Origin: Candidatus Tritonobacter lacicola
GTDB lineage: Bacteria; Auribacterota; Tritonobacteria; Tritonobacterales; Tritonobacteraceae
Assembly (NCBI GenBank): GCA_030765135.1
Contig: JAVCDC010000082.1
Location: 4,351-68,350 of the forward strand
Length of the DNA stretch: 64,000 nucleotides
Reading direction: 5' to 3'
The position numbers were made by a program, and so were the translations under genes. How positions within the stretch are numbered: position 1 is the stretch's first letter; the number at the start of each line of letters is the position of its first letter. The notes beneath the pieces are model-generated. The model was not told the origin of the DNA, did not search any database, and saw only the letters and a program-made list of their open reading frames with translations. Positions 1-9,180 of the stretch are shown here, one piece after another.

Positions 1-569
1 AAGCCAAATACTAAAAGGAAAATCCCGCCCAGCGGAGTTGTCCTCCCAAGCCAATAGCCTAACAGATTTATGAATTCTCCGCAATACATCGGGTGATTGA
101 TCCATCGGTATGGGCCGCTCTTGACGAGCTTGCTGAATGACACGGCAATGGCAAAAGAGCGCCTGAGGTGCCAGAGGGCCCAGATGGTCAGGACAATACC
201 GGATATCCCCATAACGGCGCCCAGAACCTTCAATGGGTAAAGGGTGAGATCCTTCGTCAGCAACCCGGGTCCTCCAGGCACCACGGTCCCGGCAATTTCC
301 TTATCGCTGCTCAGGGCGATCAATAGCGGCAACGCGAAGGCTACGATGAATGGGAAGACACCCTCCTTAAAACCCCTGCCCTGGTATACCTTGGGGTACC
401 GTATGATGTAAGCAATTGAGGCAAGCATGTAATAACCGACAAGGAGAAGTGCCCTGACCAGCTCCCACCCGCTTAACTGCCCTGAAATTGAATTACAGAT
501 AATGCTTACTGTAAGAAGCACCGCAATAAGCAAAAACCCGCAAAAACCTATTACCCCCCGGGTCCGCAT
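1..569 (-). CDS. ICMT / phospholipid methyltransferase-family membrane protein (3' end lies outside the window)
   Basis: My own minus-strand translation from the ATG at 569-567 gives MRTRGVIGFCGFLLIAVLL..., a multi-TM protein. It ends ...LWHLRRSFAIAVSFSKLVKSGPYRWINHPMYCGEFINLLGYWL, the GPY-x-x-x-x-HP-x-Y region typical of isoprenylcysteine carboxyl / phospholipid methyltransferases. It is absent from the ORF track because there is no stop codon in the window. Confidence 0.6.
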   Translation of the reverse strand, partial: MRTRGVIGFCGFLLIAVLLTVSIICNSISGQLSGWELVRALLLVGYYMLASIAYIIRYPKVYQGRGFKEGVFPFIVAFALPLLIALSSDKEIAGTVVPGGPGLLTKDLTLYPLKVLGAVMGISGIVLTIWALWHLRRSFAIAVSFSKLVKSGPYRWINHPMYCGEFINLLGYWLGRTTPLGGIFLLVFG

Positions 570-1021
570 CTTAAAAGTTAACTTTGCACTTATTCAAGAT
601 GCGGTGCATGCGGTTTCTTAATTGCTCATCTCTTTCCAGCATTTTCTCAATTTTTGATGCGGTGGCACTTATACTTGCGCTTGATACCCTCCCAAAGTGC
701 CAGGCAAGCTTTTTAATCGGGTAATCCCCATAATTCTTAGATAAATAAAATGGTAGTGCGTGTCCATGAGACAGTATGTATGAATCTTTACAGCGAAACG
801 CCATGCCATTTTGTCTATATAGTAGAGGAACTTTTTTCGATCCTTGTTCTCCGTAAAGATGGGAATACCCGCGTTCCCTCTATTCAGGATGTGATAGAAA
901 GCCCCGGCGTACTCAATTCTTAGAGGTCTGGACATAATTAGCTAACCAATCATAAACCATTGCATTCAGAATACGCCGGGCAAGGCAATAAAGCAATAGT
1001 TAACTTTTAAGATGCGGACCC
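560..1021. mobile_element. Decayed ~460-bp RAYT/IS200-like element bounded by perfect 24-bp inverted repeats
   Basis: GGGTCCGCATCTTAAAAGTTAACT at 560-583 is the exact reverse complement of 998-1021. The repeats enclose only the frameshifted Y1-transposase-like remnant. Confidence 0.6.
571..935 (-). pseudogene. Internally deleted, frameshifted REP-associated tyrosine transposase-like gene (COG1943 / IS200-like Y1 HUH family)
   Basis: ORF 669-935 gives the N-terminus MSRPLRIEYAGAFYHILNRGN...IHTYCLMDTHYHFIYL (HUH-type H-Y-H motif). The overlapping ORF 571-804 in another frame gives a C-terminal HTH-like tail (...YPIKKLAWHFGRVSSASISATASKIEKML...). The central catalytic part, including the Tyr motif, is missing. 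Confidence 0.65.
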
Positions 1022-1030
1022 TACTGAAGG

Positions 1031-2467
1031 TTAGTAGGCGCCCTCGGCGGTGAGGACTTTTAGGACAGTTTTTAGGCACAGGGCGATGTCGAGCCAGACC
1101 GTCCAGTGATCGATATAGAACATCTCCATCTTAACCCTCTCATCATAAGATGTGTTGCTCCGGCCCTGTGTCTGCCAGAATCCCGTCATGCCCGGGCGGA
1201 CAAAAAGAAGCTTCTCTCCGTATTCACCGAACCTTGAAAGCTCGTCTTTTATGATCATACGGGGGCCCACCAGGCTCATCTCGCCCTTGAGAACATTTAC
1301 AATCTGGGGAAACTCATTTAAGCTAGACCTCCTTAAGAAACGACCGAAGGGAGTGACGCGAGGATCGTTTTTCAGTTTAAAGCCCTCATTAAATTCATCC
1401 TGGAGCCATTTATTTTCAGCTATTATCTTGTCCGCATCGATCCTCATTGTCCGGAACTTGTAAGCGTCAAACTCTCCACCACCTTTCCGCATGACTCTCC
1501 TTCTGTAGAAAATTGGTCCCTTATTTATGAATAGATAGACAAAACCAACAATGAGAACCATTAGACCCAGAAGTGGCAGGAGAAGAATGGAAACGGCTAT
1601 GTCCGCAGACCGCTTGAGAAGCCTGCTTGGAAGACGCGAGAAGGGATGGACCCTGCTCTCCAGGGTAATCAGCCCGGAGAATTCGTCCACTGACATCTGC
1701 ATGGCCTGAATATGGAATGTCTCCGAGACGATATTCACCGGAATTTCCCGCGCTTTGCAAAGAGTGATGATTTCACCGATCTTTTCATGTGTCCCGCGCG
1801 AAAAATCCTGAAGGCCTATAAAAACACGGTCGATAGCAGAAGAATCTATAACCGTGGAAAAATCATCGAGCTTACCCAATATTTTAAGATCCTTGAACTC
1901 ACCCAAATTTTCATCGTCTCTTTCCACAAGAACTCCAATAAAATCAAATCTCCTGTGGCGCTGGATCCTGAACCGGTCCACGATACTTCTGGCATGTGGG
2001 TTAAAACCCACCAGGAGAACCCTCTGCCTCAAATACCCTTTAGACCAGCACCGCTTGATCACTTCCCTGAAAAGCAGCCTAGAAAAGAGGAGAAGAGGCA
2101 GAAGCAGGACCCACCATGTAAGAACGACATAACGGGAATAGACAACCGCCTTAAAGACGACGAAATTTATGAAGAGCATGAGGAGAAAGCTGAAGCAAAC
2201 TGATTTAACAACGATGGCTACCTCTGTCTCCGACCTCCGATCCTCTCCCTTCTTGTAACCCCCGTTTATATATAGCGAAATTATCAAAAAAACCATTAGA
2301 ACAAGTGCTGAAACAGCGTGTTGACTGAGCTGCGGCATCAGGGGAACAAAACTGTTAACTGCAAAAAAGGAGATAAAAAACGCGAGTAAGATAACAGATA
2401 TATCAAGAGTAAGAAGAGCGACCCTCTTCTTCCAAAAGCTACTCAGAATTGATGCAATAAAACTCAT
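1031..2467 (-). CDS. Polyprenyl-phosphate glycosyl-1-phosphate transferase (WbaP/EpsL-like initiating sugar transferase)
   Basis: N-terminal TM helices precede a C-terminal Bac_transf-type region: PIFYRRRVMRKGGGEFDAYKFRTM...DPRVTPFGRFLRRSSLNEFPQIVNVLKGEMSLVGPR...RPGMTGFWQ. Confidence 0.9.
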   Translation of the reverse strand: MSFIASILSSFWKKRVALLTLDISVILLAFFISFFAVNSFVPLMPQLSQHAVSALVLMVFLIISLYINGGYKKGEDRRSETEVAIVVKSVCFSFLLMLFINFVVFKAVVYSRYVVLTWWVLLLPLLLFSRLLFREVIKRCWSKGYLRQRVLLVGFNPHARSIVDRFRIQRHRRFDFIGVLVERDDENLGEFKDLKILGKLDDFSTVIDSSAIDRVFIGLQDFSRGTHEKIGEIITLCKAREIPVNIVSETFHIQAMQMSVDEFSGLITLESRVHPFSRLPSRLLKRSADIAVSILLLPLLGLMVLIVGFVYLFINKGPIFYRRRVMRKGGGEFDAYKFRTMRIDADKIIAENKWLQDEFNEGFKLKNDPRVTPFGRFLRRSSLNEFPQIVNVLKGEMSLVGPRMIIKDELSRFGEYGEKLLFVRPGMTGFWQTQGRSNTSYDERVKMEMFYIDHWTVWLDIALCLKTVLKVLTAEGAY

Positions 2468-2501
2468 AAATCGATCACATTTGGTCGCATTCTCATGTTT
2501 G

Positions 2502-3212
2502 TCAGACGATTACTATTGCTAATTGCGAATAGAAGGGATCGGATGCTACCAACAATTTGTAATTCCGCATAAAGGACTTAGTGAAATCCGTGAAGGCTTT
2601 AAACTGATGAGTAACCGAAGAGAATGTCCCAAATATAATTATACTACCAGGCGACATTAAATGGTTTAAACTGGCCAGGACATATAATGTTGAGCTGTAA
2701 AGGTCTGCATCGATGTTAATAATTAATCGGTTATTTGCATTAAACCTTTTCAAAAATCCTGGTAAAGCAACCTGAAAATACCCCTTAATGAATTTCACCC
2801 TTTGATCATTAATTTCCGGTATCTTTCCTCCCAAATCAAGATAACCTTTAGGGTGGACTCCCGTGAAAAGATTCCAATCTTCTGGCAGTCCCTTAAAAGA
2901 ATCAAAACCAATAAATCTTGAATTCTGGTCACGATTTAATTGGATCCAATATCTGATTGATTGGCCCCTATAAACACCAAACTCCAAATAATCTATTGGA
3001 GCATTTTTTGCAATTTCATTGTTGATATATTGGAACAAATTTTCTCTTGATTCAACTACTACCTCGCATTCATTATTCTTTAGCCATTTTCCTAATTTAA
3101 GGAGGCCGTTTAATATTTCAATCCTGAATGAAGGACTTAAGCCACAGCCAGCAATTAATTGCTTTACAATGCCCCTTTTATTATGTGAAAACCTCATTTT
3201 ACTCTCCCTCAT
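2502..3212 (-). CDS. TylF/MycF-like class I SAM-dependent (O-)methyltransferase
   Basis: Motifs YLEFGVYRGQSIRYW, FIGFDSFKGLPEDW and INIDADLYSSTLYVL...PGSIIIF resemble macrocin-O-methyltransferase-family proteins. The start may be the internal Met at 3197. Confidence 0.55.
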   Translation of the reverse strand: MRESKMRFSHNKRGIVKQLIAGCGLSPSFRIEILNGLLKLGKWLKNNECEVVVESRENLFQYINNEIAKNAPIDYLEFGVYRGQSIRYWIQLNRDQNSRFIGFDSFKGLPEDWNLFTGVHPKGYLDLGGKIPEINDQRVKFIKGYFQVALPGFLKRFNANNRLIINIDADLYSSTLYVLASLNHLMSPGSIIIFGTFSSVTHQFKAFTDFTKSFMRNYKLLVASDPFYSQLAIVIV

Positions 3213-3352
3213 TTAAGGTTGTTCTGCATCACTGGGAATATGGATGTCTAGATTGTTGTTGTAGCCTAAAACGATCTTCACATTAATCCCTCAAAAAGTC
3301 CATCCCTCTCGGCAGTTAGTCCCTAACATAATAGATGAGGATTATCTAATTT

Positions 3353-4540
3353 CTAGGTTGTCCCGGATTTCAGAAGGAGACGCAGAGCAGTATCGTATAC
3401 CTTATCTACCGTAATTCCTCTAATGCAATCGTAATGTGGACATTCAGGAACCGTGGAGCTGTCTATATAGCATGGATTGCAGGAAAGATCCTTGCGCACC
3501 ACGGCTACCCTGGGACCAATAGGAGACCATTTCTTGTACAAAGTAAAACTAAAGATGCCCACAGTCGGCACACCCAACCCAGCCGCGACATGCATAGGGC
3601 CAGTTTCGTTACCAACATAGAAGAAAGCTCCGTTTATCAACGCACCCATCTCCTTAAGATTGAGCTTGCCGGCAAGCACAATACCCGTTCCTCCCATAAG
3701 GCCATTGATTTCCTCAAGGAGATCCAATTCGACCCCAGATCCTATAAGGATAACACGCACTCCAAACTCCCGCTCAAAACGGGCGCCCAATTCGGCAAAC
3801 CTCTCCGCTGACCAGTACTTGACCTTCCATCTAGGATTCCCAGCAGGTGCAAACACGATGTATTTCTTATCAGGCCCGACTTCCGATTCTCTCAGTATGC
3901 GAGCTGCGCTCAAGAAAGCATCCTGCGGGATAAACATCCTAGTCGATAAGTTGTCCGTGGCTGCCCCAAGAGCACGGGCAGCATTGAGAAAATTCTCCAT
4001 CTCCGGCAGGTTCGTTGTCTCGTAATCAACCTTATGAGTAAAGAGAGCCGCTCTATTCCTGCCTTCCGTATCGAATCCCACGCGTATACCCGCACCAGTT
4101 AGATACGACAGAATCGGCGTAATGCGGTAATATTGCTCTAAATCTATTACCACATCGAACCGCAACGACCTCAGAAATCGTATCAGCCCGAGAAAGCCCT
4201 TGACCCCGCTCTGCTTACCCTGAACATCGTACACAATTACCTTATCCAAGAGTGGATTCCCCTCGATCATCTCAGAACAAGCTTTCGTGGTCATGACCGT
4301 GAGGGTGGCAAAGGGGAAAGTCTCACGGAGGGCCCTCAAAGCCGGCAGAAAAATAATCATATCTCCTATCCCGAGGAGCTTGATTATTAGAATGTTAAGC
4401 TCCTCTTTCTTTAACAGCCCCTTTGCTAAACGAGGGCCCAATATCCTTTCATGGAGGGTGAGCCCTTTAATCAGCCAGGCAGCTATATGATCATCTAAAG
4501 CTCTTATCGTCCTTTTCTTCATGCCCCGAATCCCCAGCAC
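3353..4540 (-). CDS. Glycosyltransferase family 9 (heptosyltransferase-like)
   Basis: ILIIKLLGIGDMIIFLPALRALRETFP near the N-terminus and GNETGPMHVAAGLGVPTVGIFS near the C-terminus are GT9 hallmarks. The start is uncertain (alternative Met at 4522). Confidence 0.8.
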   Translation of the reverse strand: MLGIRGMKKRTIRALDDHIAAWLIKGLTLHERILGPRLAKGLLKKEELNILIIKLLGIGDMIIFLPALRALRETFPFATLTVMTTKACSEMIEGNPLLDKVIVYDVQGKQSGVKGFLGLIRFLRSLRFDVVIDLEQYYRITPILSYLTGAGIRVGFDTEGRNRAALFTHKVDYETTNLPEMENFLNAARALGAATDNLSTRMFIPQDAFLSAARILRESEVGPDKKYIVFAPAGNPRWKVKYWSAERFAELGARFEREFGVRVILIGSGVELDLLEEINGLMGGTGIVLAGKLNLKEMGALINGAFFYVGNETGPMHVAAGLGVPTVGIFSFTLYKKWSPIGPRVAVVRKDLSCNPCYIDSSTVPECPHYDCIRGITVDKVYDTALRLLLKSGTT

Positions 4541-4568
4541 TATATCAAAGATCCAAATCGTGCATTAC

Positions 4569-7211
4569 CTAATTTGAAACCGCGTCAAGATAGAACAAAA
4601 GATTCCTTAAAAGTACATTGGCGGCTGGCTCACAATAGGCTTTCCTGAAAAGGTTTAACTGGCAGAACAGCGCGGTCCCCTTTCCCACCTTTTTCTCAAG
4701 AAGAGGAGTCCACTCGAGACCAGCCCTACCCCCGCACTCCGCCAGAACATCAAATTCTCCTTCATCCGGCTTTAGATAATCCAGCTTAGAGACGTAGTAA
4801 TCATTCCTCCAGAAGCGAAGGTCTTTGTCTTTCAATCCCTTAAAAGCAGGATGGGTCCTGGCTAGCTGGAAAACCATCGTTGAAGAATGATTGTCATCCC
4901 GGATTAACCCAAAATCTTTCGAGGGGCACTCCCCCCAATTCTCAAGAAAAAGGACATTCCCCCCTTTGTCAAGCCACCCGGTCCAATCCAATTGGGGAAT
5001 CTTACCAACGGCGATTATGATAGCCCCTGCAGGCTCGGTATCCTGGGGTATTTCCTTGATCATCTCGACCCAGGTGTCATCCCATAACATATTCGAAAGG
5101 TGGTCAAAATATTCTCTCGCATCACCTAAGATATAAATCCTCTTAGTAATTTCAAGATTCTTTTCCATAGGAGGGAATATAGATATAGGCGTCTTATCAT
5201 CAAACATCACCTTCTTGTCCTGGACGACCCTCCATTTAAGCACCGCCTCTTTCCGAGCAAGCGTAGATGGTAGATTAAGGCTCAACTCCACGTTATCGCG
5301 ACCTCCGGCAGGCACATTGATCTTATGCGCCTTACTCGCGAGTTCAGCGCCTTCACACTCCAGCCAGATATCGAGAATCCCATTAAGAGGCTTTGAGGAA
5401 TTGTTTAAAACCGCAAATGCCTCAGCGATTTTTTGCCCCCCATAGTAGTTATGATAACAGGAAGCCGGGATCGCTATCACATCGGAAAAAGCACGTGCAC
5501 CGGCATCCCACACGGGGTTGGGGGGGTTGCCACTCCAGCACAGCGTCCAGGGGGACATGCCATCCACTCCTAGGAGCCTGTATCTCCGTATGACCATTGA
5601 CCACTTCAGGGCGATGGCTTCAAGAAATTTCTGCTTAGAAATATAAACATCGCTTCCACCAAGAGGAGCAGCCCGATCGAGGTTCTTCCGGCATTGGTCC
5701 AGGCCCGGATACATAGCGAAAAACTCTCCGATGAAAAGGGGCTTTAGTCCATCGTAGCGAGTACCCAGCCTCCGGAAAAGAACATTACCTGGTAAAGAGA
5801 AATCAGGCATATGGAAATAGTCATTCTCCTGGGGATAGTGGATGTTCACAATATCTGCCTTTCCCCCTACATCGCCATCGCCATCAAACATCACCGGCCT
5901 CGTGGGGTCAATCTGCCTCATCATATCAAGCGTTTTTCCCATGATGGGATAGATCTCGGAGCGCTGATATTGATAGCCAACCTCGTTTCCCGCACTCCAG
6001 ATAATAACGCTCGGATGGTTGCGGTACTGAGCAATCATTCGCCTCAACTGATCCGCAAGATTATCCCAGAAGACATCCTTATTCACCGCGTAACGATCCA
6101 TGGAGCCATGAAAAGACGATTCACTAATAATCATGATTCCCAATCTGTCGGCAACGTTCAACCATGCTTCGGGATATATATGGTTATGCAGCCTTACCGT
6201 ATTGCATCCCCCGAAAGATTTATACATTTTTAAACGTCTCTCTATTTCATCTCTCTCAAGGGGGAGATGGCTGACATCAGAGGTCCCTAGTAGTTGTATC
6301 CTCCTCCCGTTAAGGTAAAAGTGGCCGTCTTTGATTTCGAAGTCCCTGAAGCCAAACGTCACTCTCTTTCTATCCGCTTCCGTTCCTTCGACATTTAAGC
6401 GAATTTCCAGGTCGTATAATTTTGGGTGGTCCAAATCCCATCGATCGAAAGAGGAAACTTTCCCCGAAACCGCTATATTTTCTTTTGAATGGGATTCAAT
6501 ATCGGCCTTTGCGGATAGCCTAAAATCACCGATTCCTTCAACTCCAACTTCAAAAGATACTTCTTGCAGCTTATTACTATCATTGGCTATAGTCGCGTCG
6601 ATATCCAATACCCCCCTCAAAGCTGACGCTTCCACTCGTATTTCATCGATTCTGACCTGCGGTTTGAGAGTAAGGTTCATGCTCGGGATCATTCCCCGTA
6701 TATAATGATTCGCACCTACCGGGTATATTAAATGCGACTTATCACCCTTACCCTCGGTAACAGATTGAGCATCAGCAAAAAATATTTCAATGCGATTGTT
6801 TTCGCCTACCCTGATGAATTGCCCGATGGGAAATTCGACAGGCAAAAATCCTCCATATCCATGCCCGGCGAACCTCCCGTTTACATAAACGTGTATGTTC
6901 AGGAATATTCCGTTCTGGTCAACAGTCAAATACAGATTGTCATCGCCCAACGTGTCAGGGAGCTGAACATCCTTTCTGAACCAGGCACCATGATAGCCTT
7001 CGGGCCATCGAAACCCGGCATTCGGGATCTGTATAGAGAGAAACGGGCCCGCCGGCGGATATCCGGGAAAAGGCTCACTCACCAATTGATAATCCCAACT
7101 TCCATCCAAGTCGAAGGAGATATCCTCATGCTCTTTTGTCCCAAGAGCATGATTGCTGAAAATCAATGATGCGGAAAGAAGCAAATTGATGATGAAGGAA
7201 CGATGCATCAA
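4569..7211 (-). CDS. Secreted glycoside hydrolase family 2-like protein
   Basis: There is an N-terminal signal peptide (MMHRSFIINLLLSASLIFSNHALG). The TIM-barrel motifs NTVRLHNHIYPEAWLNVADRLGIMIISES and HPSVIIWSAGNEVG (acid/base NE) are present. The 880-aa multi-domain size fits GH2. Confidence 0.7.
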   Translation of the reverse strand: MMHRSFIINLLLSASLIFSNHALGTKEHEDISFDLDGSWDYQLVSEPFPGYPPAGPFLSIQIPNAGFRWPEGYHGAWFRKDVQLPDTLGDDNLYLTVDQNGIFLNIHVYVNGRFAGHGYGGFLPVEFPIGQFIRVGENNRIEIFFADAQSVTEGKGDKSHLIYPVGANHYIRGMIPSMNLTLKPQVRIDEIRVEASALRGVLDIDATIANDSNKLQEVSFEVGVEGIGDFRLSAKADIESHSKENIAVSGKVSSFDRWDLDHPKLYDLEIRLNVEGTEADRKRVTFGFRDFEIKDGHFYLNGRRIQLLGTSDVSHLPLERDEIERRLKMYKSFGGCNTVRLHNHIYPEAWLNVADRLGIMIISESSFHGSMDRYAVNKDVFWDNLADQLRRMIAQYRNHPSVIIWSAGNEVGYQYQRSEIYPIMGKTLDMMRQIDPTRPVMFDGDGDVGGKADIVNIHYPQENDYFHMPDFSLPGNVLFRRLGTRYDGLKPLFIGEFFAMYPGLDQCRKNLDRAAPLGGSDVYISKQKFLEAIALKWSMVIRRYRLLGVDGMSPWTLCWSGNPPNPVWDAGARAFSDVIAIPASCYHNYYGGQKIAEAFAVLNNSSKPLNGILDIWLECEGAELASKAHKINVPAGGRDNVELSLNLPSTLARKEAVLKWRVVQDKKVMFDDKTPISIFPPMEKNLEITKRIYILGDAREYFDHLSNMLWDDTWVEMIKEIPQDTEPAGAIIIAVGKIPQLDWTGWLDKGGNVLFLENWGECPSKDFGLIRDDNHSSTMVFQLARTHPAFKGLKDKDLRFWRNDYYVSKLDYLKPDEGEFDVLAECGGRAGLEWTPLLEKKVGKGTALFCQLNLFRKAYCEPAANVLLRNLLFYLDAVSN

Positions 7212-9133
7212 TCCAAATAACCCAGGGCTTTGAGCTGCCTTACTGTTTCTTCATCCATTCTCCCTACAGTCGATTCTCCGCCAGAAAAAGGCTCCTGAGC
7301 CGTTACCCATTCTTCCAGCTTCGTTCTCAACTCGTCACACAGCTTCGGGTTCTGCGCCGAGATGTCCTTTTCCTCGCCCGGGTCCTTTCGAAGGTTAAAA
7401 AGCTTCTCATCATGGCCAAGGAAATCATAAACATATTTCATTCCATTAACTCTGATCGAACGTATCAGTTTGTTTCTCTTAATAATTTCGCTATAAGCCG
7501 GGGTCTCCTTTCCCGCAGATGATCCGGTTATCAGGGGCATAAGAGATTGCCCCTGACATTCACTAGGAATCTCTATGCCCGCGGCGTCAAGCATGGTGGG
7601 AACTATGTCCACGGCGCTAACCTGACAATTTATGGATTTTCCCCGTGGAACCATGGGCCCGTAAAAAATCAAGGGTATCTTAACAAGCTCTTCATATAGA
7701 GTATGGCCGTGAGCAATAACCCTGGAGCGATCCATGAGTTCCTCGCCATGGTCGGACGTGACACAGACGAGGGAGTTGTCCAGCATTCCCTCCTTTCCCA
7801 TCGCATCTATAAGATCACCTATACGGCAATCCGCATAGGCGATTTCCCCATCATACTGTGAAATAATGTATCGGAGGTCTTCCTCCGAGATGGAACCCCA
7901 TCTGCAAGGAGGGGTATTGTGATATGGACTGAATACTTTCCCCTTCAGGACTCCGCTGTATCCTCCATCAAAACTCACATCATAAGGCCGGGGGGGAGAG
8001 TATGGCCCGTGCGGCTCCATATACTGGATATAGAGAAAAAACGGTTCACCCTCTATCTCTCTTAACCAGTCCAGCACCGCCCTGTTGATATCACACGCAT
8101 CCCTCTTAAGGCTTGTCAGCGCACCCAGTTTCTTAAGACGGTAACGTGCCCAGAGAGAAACCGGCTTCAGGCAGGAAAAAAGCGGATGCACTTTATCTAA
8201 ACCACCCACACGCGCATCATATGTCTCGAACCCCTGGTGAAAGCCAAAGATAGGTTTCAAAAAAGGGTTACCCACAAATCCACCCGTTCTATAACCACAA
8301 CGACGAAGCACCTCAGCGACGGTATCAACCTGTTCCGGCAACCGATCACATCGTCCATACCCGTGGCTGCTGGGATAGAGCGAGGTCAAGATGGAAGCCG
8401 TTGAGAGTGTTGTATAAGGTGCTGTGGCAATTGCATCCGTGAAGGCTAGGCCCTTTTCGGCCAGGCGATCCATATTCGGGGAAGTGTTCCTAATATAGCC
8501 GGCCGAGGTTAAATGGTCGGCTCTAAGCGTATCTACAACAATTAAGATGAGATTTACACCGCCCTCATCGGAAGAGCCCGGTACATTATACCTCCCTGTG
8601 AAAGAAACCAAGGCCAAAATAAAGAAAGGCGTAAGGCAGAGTAAGAGCAATCCGATCTTCAACCAAATGCGGGGGCAAGGGATAATCTTCCCGGAGATTC
8701 CGCGCACCACGCGCAAGAGAACAACAAGAACGAACCACAGAGCGAAGACCAGCAATAAAGATACTATATAAAGAAATACGGTGCCCCCCAATAACGACCG
8801 GAGAGAATCGGTCCAACGGTCAATGACTGTCCTGAATTCCCATATTAACCATATCAGGCAGAAGCAGGCCAAATCGCTGGCAACATAGTAATCAGTACCC
8901 TTCGTCTTCCTCATTTTACGGACAAGTAAAACGCGACACAGGAAAATAACCAGGTTCAAGCACAAAAAAATAACAGTATAAAGAGCCGCCGCAATAAAAA
9001 GCATAAAGGCGGAATCCAAGAAGCGAGCGGAATAAGCCGGGTACAACAGTAACAGGTAAAAGCCTTCCCATGCCCCCACCAATAGGCCCAGAACAAGCCC
9101 TGTCCTAATCGCGCTACCAAATATTTTATTCAT
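7208..9133 (-). CDS. Membrane-anchored sulfatase/alkaline-phosphatase-superfamily protein lacking the formylglycine motif (probable transferase rather than sulfatase)
   Basis: About 180 aa of TM helices are followed by NLILIVVDTLRADHL and VTSDHGEEL sulfatase-fold motifs. The position of C/S-x-P-x-R reads T-T-L-S-T (codons at 8399-8413). Confidence 0.8.
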   Translation of the reverse strand: MNKIFGSAIRTGLVLGLLVGAWEGFYLLLLYPAYSARFLDSAFMLFIAAALYTVIFLCLNLVIFLCRVLLVRKMRKTKGTDYYVASDLACFCLIWLIWEFRTVIDRWTDSLRSLLGGTVFLYIVSLLLVFALWFVLVVLLRVVRGISGKIIPCPRIWLKIGLLLLCLTPFFILALVSFTGRYNVPGSSDEGGVNLILIVVDTLRADHLTSAGYIRNTSPNMDRLAEKGLAFTDAIATAPYTTLSTASILTSLYPSSHGYGRCDRLPEQVDTVAEVLRRCGYRTGGFVGNPFLKPIFGFHQGFETYDARVGGLDKVHPLFSCLKPVSLWARYRLKKLGALTSLKRDACDINRAVLDWLREIEGEPFFLYIQYMEPHGPYSPPRPYDVSFDGGYSGVLKGKVFSPYHNTPPCRWGSISEEDLRYIISQYDGEIAYADCRIGDLIDAMGKEGMLDNSLVCVTSDHGEELMDRSRVIAHGHTLYEELVKIPLIFYGPMVPRGKSINCQVSAVDIVPTMLDAAGIEIPSECQGQSLMPLITGSSAGKETPAYSEIIKRNKLIRSIRVNGMKYVYDFLGHDEKLFNLRKDPGEEKDISAQNPKLCDELRTKLEEWVTAQEPFSGGESTVGRMDEETVRQLKALGYLD

Positions 9134-9180
9134 AGCGTAAGCCGATCGATTATTGTCTAGGAAGGGATTAAATTATCCGT

